Below are positions 26,820 to 54,715 of a DNA stretch of 64,000 nt, piece after piece (position 1 is the stretch's first letter; the number at the start of each line of letters is the position of its first letter). Made by a program: the position numbers and the translations under genes. The DNA is taken from the NCBI GenBank assembly GCA_020137815.1, contig CM035352.1, positions 7,998,001-8,062,000 of the forward strand. Reading direction: 5' to 3'. The stretch is from Hormiphora californensis. Its lineage: Eukaryota > Animalia > Ctenophora. Below the pieces are notes generated by a model. The model did not search any database. It worked only from the letters and a program-made list of their open reading frames with translations, and had not been told where the DNA came from.

Positions 26820-27104
26820 CAGGGGCGGTGCGCGGCGTTCATTCACGAAAAAAAATTTGGGTCCAGCGCTGCAGAAAATTCATTTAAATGTAACGCGCGA
26901 AGGGTGGTCTGGACCATATTGGTCAATAGCGCTGCCACATTAGCTTTTTCCCGCGCGCATTCGTTTTTTAAATTGAAAATCGGCTCATTTTTTCACTTTT
27001 TTTGACGATTTTTTCACTTTTTGGCAAGTTTTCCCATTTTCTTTTCTTCTTTCGTCCAAAAAGTGGGTCCTGGACCCATGGGACCTAGCCTTGCTTCGCC
27101 CCTG
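26820..27104. mobile_element. Non-autonomous hAT-type element, 285 bp
   Basis: TIRs caggggcg / cgcccctg with an exact 8-bp TSD gaatcgat (26812-26819 and 27105-27112). Confidence 0.85.
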
Positions 27105-27420
27105 GAATCGATATCACTAACCGATAACACCAAACATAGCCCCAATACTGCCGAATATCTGACAGACCGCAGATTAGTGGACAAATAAGGAGTATTGAAT
27201 AGTGTTTGATAATATACAGGTCACGTAGACGTCTATAAGTTTATTTCAGAAAGTTAAAACAGACGATTTCGTCGTATCACGACATTGTCAGTGTTATAAC
27301 AATATTGGTCAGTCGTTTTAGTTTCTCAAACAAACTATTCGAAATTTATCTTTCAGTTTTTTAGTTAACAACTTCATACTGATCACAGTCCTCTTTTTTA
27401 TAAAGTTTTTAAAAGTTTCA

Positions 27421-28378
27421 TTATCTCCAGAACAAGATTGTATAGAGGGCGAGTACTGGTATTAATAGAACCAGACTGAGCGTTGTCCTTGATCCCTGTG
27501 AAGACCAGAGTTCCACATTTTCTTCACCTAACAGAAAAATGAAATGTGTTAGGAACATACATTTGGATTTTCTAGAGTTGAGGCAATAACATTTGAATAA
27601 GGGCGGCCATTATGACAGAGCAGCACTGTGACTCACATTTTTGTACATTCATGTAGATTTCACCCCATGGTAGTTCCAGTGCTTCATCCACCAAGTCCTC
27701 TGCTTTAGTACATAGTGCCTCTTCTGGCTCCATACAACCAGCAACCTTCAGTTTCAATGTTGTTTCAGCGACATCAAGCCGTGTATAAATCCTAAAACGG
27801 GCACGCGGTATTTAGGGAGTAAAAACATTGAACAACAAAATGTTAATACAACAGTGATTCTCTAAAGAATCAGAGATCAGGAGAAGAAGAAAAACAGGGA
27901 AGTAAAACTAGATGAGAATGGTTTTACTAAAAGCTTTGAACAAACAAAATGTTATTGATAAATTAAATTCTCATAAAACAACAGTGACCATTTTCTATTC
28001 CACTAACTTGGTCCTGAAATCAAATGTCCTGCACTTGAGACCCTCATCACAAAGTACCTCCCTGGCTAACTCACAGTTTTCCTCAGGAAAATACTCGTAA
28101 AAAATCTGAAATAAAGATTTTAAGCATTTTCCTAGTTGTGAGACACAAGCTTGCTCTTACAATACCATATATGGGCATCACGTGGTTGCTCTCACCTCGT
28201 GACATTATAATACCATATTTGGGCATCACGTGCTCACCTGTTCTATGTCATCACTGGTTGATTTAACACCCATTTCCAGACATTCTCTGCAAGTCTCCTG
28301 GGGGACTTTACTTTCTGATAGGTGCCTCTCAGATAAAGTTACCACCAATAACACCATACTAACTATTAGTTGCCTCAT
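27421..28378 (-). CDS. Small secreted Cys-rich protein with a hydrophobic C-terminus (GPI-anchor-like; possibly Ly6/three-finger-like)
   Basis: Approximate exons 28378-28238, 28105-28008, 27791-27637, 27528-27421. Signal MRQLIVSMVLLVVTLS; CRECLE...C...C...C...GC...C...C; ends SSQGSRTTLSLVLLIPVLALYTILFWR*. Confidence 0.7.
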
Positions 28379-29147
28379 CTTCCACACAGCTGTACTAAAA
28401 TGGATCGGAGTGTGGAGTGTGTGAAATGTTTTAAGCGTTTGGAGTGTGTCCTGCCGCGCCGGCAGCGAGAGCTTTATTTTTTATTGAAAACTGCAAGGAG
28501 AGGAAATGAAGAGAAATGCAATTATTGTGAAGCTAACGATCTAAACTACTACGAACTCATAAAACTAATAATAAAAGTACTAAGACTATATTAATTAGTT
28601 ATATAACCACTTCTCTCTCTAGCTCTCTTCCTCCCCTCTCTCTGATCTTCTCTCTATCTTAAGTCTTTCCCTCTGTTGGAACACAACTCTAAATCTCTAC
28701 AATTTAAATGATTACAATTACCATTACATACTGGTAATGTACTAAAACACAACTAGGAGTGGGCGTTGGCCGTTGGGCATGCAGCCCCCCTCCCACTGTC
28801 CACTCCCATGGCATTCTTACAGGGGGGGGGGTAGCCGGTAGGAGGCTGATATTTTGGCCAAAATGAGCTCAAAACAAATGCATTAACAATGTGCATGACA
28901 TCTTTAATAGTCAAGTTTTCTATGGAGGTTCATAAGAAAGACCTTGAAGTTTCGTAAGTGAATAAAATGTAGCAGTCTTTTGCACGGTTTGGATTTGATC
29001 TGCTGTACATGTTTTTACTTCAAAAAAACCCGCTTTTAAGTTATTTAACATCCACTGATTGTTTTTTCTAAAAAAACCCCGCCTTTTAATCCAAATTGTT
29101 TCCCAGTTTACTACCCCCATGACTTCTTCTCTAGGGAAAGAGAGGCC

Positions 29148-31236
29148 ATGGCACGTCGACTTGGAATGCTAAGTCTAGCTAACCTGAACCCATGCGTCAA
29201 GGAGATGCAGTATGCAGTTCGGGGTCCAATTGTTATTAAAGCTGCTGAACTGGAGGGACAACTAAACAAGGTAGGCCAGGGGGCAACTGATAAAAAGGGA
29301 GGCCAGTGCAGTAGTACATAATTGAAATAGGTAGTGGGCAAAAAGGGAGGGAGAAAACGAGTTGTCCAGCTAAGTTGTGCGTATGTACAAGACACGAGGG
29401 GCATTATTATAGTAAATTAAGTGGTAAAACAGTTCTAGACGTGAAGCTAGAAACAAGCTAGTGTCAATTAATAATTGAAGGGGCACTAATTGTGTACCAC
29501 ACATACGCACAGTAGTACGACACATAGTTTTACTGCTAAACTATCTTGCATTTTGGTATAATAGCAGTCTAGTACTAAGCTGCGGCAGAGTCGGAGTTGA
29601 GAGAACAGAGTTGACATAAAATAATGTGTTTTAGCTGCATATTACACGGGGGGGGGGGGGGGGGGTAAGTGTTTTTACAGTTCATGAGTTGTTCATAGGG
29701 CGGTTTCTAAGTTTCGTGGAAGCCGTTTCTCTGAGCCCTTCCGTGTGCTAGCTGGAGAGAGAGTTCTGAGAAAAATATAAAATGAGAGGAATTAGGTGAA
29801 GAGAGAATCTGCATGGAGAGAGAATCAGTATGGAGAGAGAAGAGAGAAAAGAGAAAGTTGTATGGTAAGCTGTCACCAAGCAAAAGCGGGATGTTCAATT
29901 TACCACAATAAAAAAGAGGGGTGTATCTGGTGTAAGAACATTAAACGTTTCGGTCCAAGATAAAAGTAATGTGTATATTGAAAACTTGACACGACAAGAC
30001 AAAGACTTAGACAAGACAAGACAAAGGGATAGGTATTATAACAAAAGGAGAGATAACTTAGAAAATATGGCATGGATATATCTTGGTGTAACACCCTGCA
30101 TACAAATCACACACAGTGTCATGTTTAGCATTGTTGTTGGGAGAAGCAGATTCATGAATAGTAATTGAGTGGCGGGGGACATGTGTTGTCAGATATATCG
30201 GGATAGTATTGGTATCTGTCATTAGTCAAGTGAGAAAGAGAGTGAGGGAATGAGAGGGAGAGTAAGGGAGAGAGAGATATAGAGTGAGATAAACGAGTCA
30301 CGAGAAGAAGATAAGAGAGAGTATTACAAATTGAACTATTAAGAGGGAATATTATTAACTTTACCGAAATGATTCGGAGTTCGCAACACCCACCCGTCCT
30401 AACACACCACCCGTCCTAACACACCACCCGTCCTAACACCCTCTCTCCCCTCCAGGGCGCCAAGTTACCATTTGAGCAAGTTATCAAAGCCAACATTGGT
30501 GATGCACACGCTATGGGCCAGAAACCCATCTCCTTTGTAAGAGAGGTGATCGCCTTGGCAACTTGCCCATCTCTCATGGATACTGCAACTGGGTTCAGCG
30601 ATGATGCGGTGACAAGGGCTAAAGAGATTTTGGGATCAACTGGGGGAGGAAGTGTTGGTGAGTTTATAGGAGTCTATAATAGTCTCGGTTGATGATGTTC
30701 AAATTAAGGGAATAGTATATGGGCTACAACACAGAATTCACTAAACAATGATCTCCACCTCTCTATCTATCTCTCTATCCCTCCAATCAACTCCTAACTC
30801 CACCTCTCTCTCTCCAGGTGCATATACTAACTCAGTTGGTATTTCCACTGTATTGAACCACGTTGCTGAATACATCACCCAGAGGGATGGTTACCCCGCC
30901 AGCCCTTCCGATATCTTCCTGGGTACTGGTGCTAGTGGCTGCATCAAGGTATAACGTGTTTTACAACGTGTAGTTCAGTTCTTAGTTTGTTCATCTATCA
31001 AATTATGTTACACCAACCTCCTTTCCCCATACTCATCTTGGTTTTCGAAACATCCTCACTAACATTTAGCTGTGCTATAGTTTACGCAGTTTGATTCAAT
31101 TTGATCCCACCCCTCCCCAGAATATTATGAAGTTGTGCCTGACTATGGATGCAGATAACAAGCCTGGATTCATGATTCCTGTACCTCAGTACCCGCTATA
31201 CTCAGCTTGTACCGCTGAGTTTAACGCTCACCTGGT

Positions 31237-31321
<85 letters not shown>

Positions 31322-32528
31322 GGGGGGAGTTGGTCCACCTGCCACCACCTCCAATCGGTTTCCCCCGGGCAACGGGGTCACACGGAGTACCTTTTTCCCC
31401 ATCCCCTTTTCCCCCTGTTCGATTTCCAGGTCCGTGTGGCCGCGGCTGAGCGTGGCTGTGTATCAGAAATACGGAAAAAAAATCAGAAAATACAAAATAC
31501 AAAAACATCTTGGCTAGGCGGTCCACAGTGTATCAACGCCAACTACTACGTTCCTACCCCGCCTTCTCCGGCTCAGGGTTACCAGTGGAACAGGCATCTT
31601 CCAGCCAACTGTGGACCCCCAACGCCCCTTTATCCACTAACCCGCTAACCAATACTGTTTTTGTTCTACTGGCCCCCCTAACCCACTTCTTCCTTTTTTG
31701 ATAGGGTTCTACATCGGAGATGATTCTTTGGAACGGGGTGGCTGTCCTCTCTGGAGCGGGGTCGGCTGTCCTTACTGGAGCGGGGTCGGCTGTCCTCTCT
31801 GGGGCGGGGTGGCTGTCCTCTCTGGAGCGGGGTCAGCTGTCTTTACTGGAGCGGGGTCGGCTGTCCCTACTGGAGCGGGGTCAGCTGTCCTCTCTGGAGC
31901 GGGGTGGCTGTCCTCTCTGGGGCGGGGTCAGCTGTCTTTACTGGAGCGGGGTCAGCTGTCTTTACTGGAGCGGGGTCAGCTGGCTTCTCTGGAACGGGGT
32001 CAGCTGGCTTCTCTGGAACGGGGTCAGCTGGTTTCTCTGGAGCGGGGTTGGCTGTCTTCTCTGGGGCGGGGTCAGCTGGCTTCTCTGGAACGGGCTGGCT
32101 GTCCTCTCTGGCTCGAAATGTAATCATCATCCATTTGTATTAATTTATTATTTTTTTCGCTCGAACCCGTTCCTGCTTGTTTTAGGCTGCCTTAGATCCA
32201 GACGGTTTGCTTCTTCAGTTCCTGATAAGTTGTCTCTTCTTAGAATACATTGTAGCAGATTGGGCTTCTTTGCAGATAGTTTAGGAGGTCTTGTGCTCCG
32301 TCACCATGAGCTTTAATCCCACTTTACTTCCCCTTTTTAATATCATCCCCTTTCCTTAACCCATATGTACATTGTTAAATTTACCCGTATGTACATTGTT
32401 CTACCTACCCTACCTTTACTCCGCAGGCCCTCCGGGCCCTCAGATCCAACAGGATCCGGGTCCGGGGGATTTAACCCTGCTCTCGCATGGGGCCTCACGG
32501 CCCCATGTGGGAGTGGTGCGTGTAGTGG

Positions 32529-32577
<49 letters not shown>

Positions 32578-33987
32578 ATTGCTTCCTTGTTTTTATAGAC
32601 GCATAATATGCACACGTCACGCAAATATCTCTCTTTTTATCTGAACAAAACCTGGACCAACAATGCTTGAATTTTCTCCACGTCAATTCTTTTTCTCTCA
32701 CAGCTGCATCTTTCTATCTCTCCATCATTATCTCCAACTATCTCACAATCCCCCTCCATATTTCTCTCTCCTGAGTCCTCTCTATTTCCAGATAAGTTAC
32801 TTCATGAATGAAAGTAACAACTGGACTTTGGACAGAGCTGAACTGGAACGAGCCTATGAAGAGTCTCTGAAACATTGTATCCCTAAAGCTATCTGCATCA
32901 TTAACCCAGGTATGAAACTTCTGGAACATTCTGCACACAGTAACACCACAGCTGTTGCTGCATAACGAATGTGTTATATTCGGCATCGCGCTTCTGGACG
33001 ATATTATGCAGCTCTTGTTTTAAGGTGCTGCGCGCTGTTACCGAATGCTTCCCTTGTGAAGAAAGCACACTCATTTTCGCGCGCCCTAACATCGGAGCGT
33101 GGGAAAAGTTCCCACGGTTCAAACCCGCGCTGACAAGCGCTATCCCCCACGCGGCATATTGCATAACAGGATTTAAGTAGGTGTTATGTTATAACCCCAC
33201 CCATGTTTCAGGCAACCCTACTGGCCAGAACCTGCCTGCCGAGAATATAGCCGAGATAATCCGGTTTGCACACGATAAACAGCTGCTGATTATGGCAGAT
33301 GAGGTCTACCAGGACAATATCTGGACAGAAGGGGATAATTTCACGAGTTTCAAGAAAGTTCTACGATCTCTCGGACCTGATTTTGATGACCAACCTCTAG
33401 CATCGTTCCACTCTGTCTCAAAGGGTTTCATGGGGGAATGTGGGCTGCGTGGTGGATATTGTGAAATGACCAACTTCCCCGAAGATGTTAAGACCATGCT
33501 ACTAAAACTGATCTCTGCCAGTCTATGCTCCTCGACATCTGGTCAAGTAGCAGTGAGCTGTATGGTAAAACCTCCTACAGGGGACGCCAGGGAGACATAT
33601 GATCGGGAGACCAAGGCTGTCCTGGCGAGCCTCAAAGAGAGATCTGTGATGGTACATGAAAAGTTGAATGCTATCCCGGGTATAAAGTGTAACCCCCTGC
33701 AAGGAGCAATGTATGCCTTCCCCGCCATAGACCTCCCCACTGGTGCTATTGAAACTGCCAAGTCACAGGGGATGGAGCCTGATTTCCTATACTGCTCGGA
33801 GCTACTAGATGCAACTGGGATTTGTGTGGTCCCGGGCAGTGGATTCTGGCAGACCCCTGGTACCTACCATTTTAGAATGACCATTCTCCCACCTAAGGAC
33901 CAGCTTGTGGTGTTTTTGGACAAGTTAGCCGAATTTCATGGACAGTTTTGTGAGAAATATTCTGATGTTTCTCCTCTGGGAAGTTGA
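29148..33987 (+). CDS. GPT: Alanine aminotransferase (PLP-dependent)
   Basis: Exons 29148-29270, 30456-30657, 30818-30948, 31121-31234, 32792-32909, 33212-33987. Motifs MQYAVRGPIV, ANIGDAHAMGQKP, PVPQYPLYSA, INPGNPTGQ, ADEVYQDN, SFHSVSKGFMGECGLRGGY, GICVVPGSGF. Confidence 0.97.
31323..31456 (+). ncRNA. HDV-like self-cleaving ribozyme (predicted)
   Basis: P1 GGGGGAG(31323-29)/UUCCCCC(31360-66); P2 GCCACC(31341-46)/G(C)GUGGC(31450-56); P3 ACC/GGU with 7-nt L3 UCCAAUC; P1.1 GG followed by GCAAC; P4 CGGGGUCACACGGA/UCCGUGUGGCCGCG; J4/2 G-C(31446)-UGA. Confidence 0.8.
31727..32111. repeat. 23-24-bp GC-rich minisatellite (gctgtcctctctggagcggggtc[a/g])
   Basis: About 16 degenerate tandem copies visible. 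Confidence 0.92.
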
Positions 33988-34983
33988 AATGTGTGAAGTT
34001 TTGTAGTGAGTGTTTAGGATATAAGAGAAAGATGTTTTTGATGGACTTTTTTATACGGAAAGATATGATTTTTCTTCATTTTTCAAAAAGATGTAAAGTT
34101 TTACTTTTAGATTTTACCCAATTACATGACTTGTTTTCAGTTCGATCTATGTAGCAGGGCTCCTCTCCCCTCTACTTTTCCACACTGACTAGAGATTTTG
34201 CTAAAAGTAGGGGATGGAGAGGGGCCCTGCTTGGCAAAGGGTGAATTGAAAGAATGGGGACCGAGACAAAATGCTATTAACATAATTCCCCGAGACTAAT
34301 CACCAATTAGGCTTCCCCCATTTTAGTTAAACAATGGATGGTAATGAGGGGATTTCTAGTTTCCACAAAATCGGGCCCATTATTACAGCCCCCTATTGTC
34401 TTAGGGTGATGCAATGAGAAGCTGCTATTAAAAGCTCTTATACCACCACTGCAGGGCGAATGAGCAGAACCGTTTTTGCATAATTGATCTGTACGCCATC
34501 TGGCTACCTCTTAAAACGCGGCACCAGATTCTTGGACATTAGGCACTTCTTCAGCTTCTTCGCGTTTTAGTGAGGAGAGAGAATGGTAGGCTCTATAGGC
34601 AAATCATATATAATACCATTGCGTTATATAAATGTCAGAAACTCCTCTGACCTTCTAAAATTGTGAGTGCACTTCTGTCGCAACTGTAATAATTCCCTAT
34701 CGACGCGTGACGCTCCCCGTGCTTCAGCCCATATGCTCTATCCCCCTGTTCCTCTCTCCCAGGGGAGGGTGTCAGGGAGGGGGATTACTGTCATCTGACA
34801 GGTCACACAATAGTAGTAGTGTGGTCATTTAATAATTCCCAGTCCCTCCTACTACTGGTGCCTCCTTACTCAACTATATTTCTACTAGTGCACTTTGTAA
34901 ATTTCCTTCAATCCGTCCCACCCTATCCTCCTGTACTTTAGTGCACGTGTCACTTAGTAGCTAACCCTCTTTCTCTCTCTCTT

Positions 34984-35031
<48 letters not shown>

Positions 35032-35194
35032 TCTCTCTCTCACTAAACTGGTGATCGTAGGATTTGTCACCTATAAATTCCCACTATAATAAATTCCACC
35101 TCGTGAATTACCGCGTGATAGTACTACTGCTGCGTGGTGGTAGCCCACTAATTCCCTCCGTCGACCCTCCCAATTCAGTTCTCCCCCTAGCACA

Positions 35195-35678
35195 ATGCCC
35201 TCAGTCGATCATCCCGTCCTAAGGGTCCTTCTCCTGACCATCCTCCTTCTCTCGTTCATATCAGCAGGTATGTCAAGGGTTTGGTTATGAAGTTACCCTT
35301 GCCAGCACGAGGGGTTATTTCGTAACCAAGTCATGGGTCTGGTCTCTGAGTTAGTGGCTAGTGAGTTACAGAAACCACTTTAGACTACTAGCTGTCTGGC
35401 GTTGCCCCGTTTTGATCTCTAAACCTGGTGCTTTCAGAACGGGCCAATGCCTGACATGAGTTACAACCCCTAAATATATTCACATTGTACCCGCCCTTTT
35501 GAAATGTTCCACGCCCTATAGTTTCTCTGCTAATAATATATGTTACGTTTCAGTGTACAGTCGATCAGTGGGATTAGAGGATGCGATTCTGGGGAGCGAT
35601 ATTGTCAGTTCTAACAACGAGGAAGAAGGCATGTTAGGACCTATCATGATGTTTGATGGAGATGCAGACTTGGCTTGA
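35195..35678 (+). CDS. 65-aa secreted peptide precursor (candidate neuropeptide)
   Basis: Exons 35195-35267 and 35554-35678 (G|gtatgt ... tttcag|TG): MPSVDHPVLRVLLLTILLLSFISAVYSRSVGLEDAILGSDIVSSNNEEEGMLGPIMMFDGDADLA*. An acceptor (ccccctag) lies 4 nt before the ATG. Confidence 0.7.
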
Positions 35679-36118
35679 TCTGACCTCGCTCTCCGCTCAG
35701 AGGGGCAAAGAAGGGGTCAGCGGGATAATGTGGGACATTTGGTGATTATTGTGGGGGCTGTACACAGGGTAGTTTGTAGGGACACAGGGTGCTCGGCTGG
35801 TCCTCACCCTCTTGCCAATTTGCCATACGGCTATATACCAGATATAACGTGAAGCACCTATCACCATGGTGATATGGTGATGTTACCATAATGTTGTTAC
35901 CATGGTGATTGGTGCCATGTAGGTGATGTTACCATGGTGCAGGTGATATTCAGAGAGAGAATTTGATGTATGAAGTTTATTATAAATTGTATTGATTCGG
36001 CATACTCTCAATATTTTACTATTGAAAACTTGGTGTCTCTCTAATTTAATAGTAACTAAACAATTCAAAACAATATTTACATAAAACCTCCCTCTCTCTC
36101 TCTCTATCATTCTCTCTA

Positions 36119-36184
<66 letters not shown>

Positions 36185-36211
36185 TCTCTCTCTCTCACTC
36201 TCTCTCTCTCA

Positions 36212-36244
<33 letters not shown>

Positions 36245-36449
36245 TCTCTCAGTCAGTTATTGTCTTCTACTCACAGCTTTAACAGCAAATGAACTCCCCT
36301 TTCTGTGGTTGCGGGTTTAGTATCATGTGGGCGTCAGATATGTATCGCATTTTATCTGATCGATACGAAGATTATTCATACCGGGTGTTACCCCCCAACT
36401 GGTAACCATGGTAACTGGCACTTGAAGGATACGTGCTCTGTGGTTCTCC

Positions 36450-54390
<17,941 letters not shown>

Positions 54391-54715
54391 CTCCGAACCA
54401 CTTTCTGTCCTGCGAGTCCTTGTCTGAGTGAAAGGGAGGGTGAGGGAAAGGGAGGGTGAGAGACAGACAGCTAGATGTTTAGAGGGAGATAAAGTCAGTA
54501 CGTAAATTCAGTGATGGATATTTAGATCCATGTATGGGATCTACTGCTATACTGAATAACCCTATGAATAAAAGCATAGTTTATTGGACGCGATAAGGGA
54601 CGTTTATATGGAGACGCCGACAGTACGGATAAGGGGTTCCATCTTTTTTCTATCTCTCTATCTCTCTCTCTCTCTGTCGGTATAAACGGGGAACTAAATT
54701 CATTTAGTGAAGGAC

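Larger units (their letters stand above)
31321..32531 (+). mobile_element. About 1.2-kb non-coding insertion inside a (GA)n tract; candidate non-autonomous non-LTR retroelement
   Basis: (GA)n on both sides; ribozyme at the 5' end; internal 23-24-bp minisatellite; hairpin-rich 3' end; no RT ORF. Confidence 0.65.

Noticed and set aside
31698-32316. ORFs across the element's minisatellite as a transposase or RT
   Set aside because: Repeat-derived, with no catalytic motifs; only the last 50 codons might be a relic.
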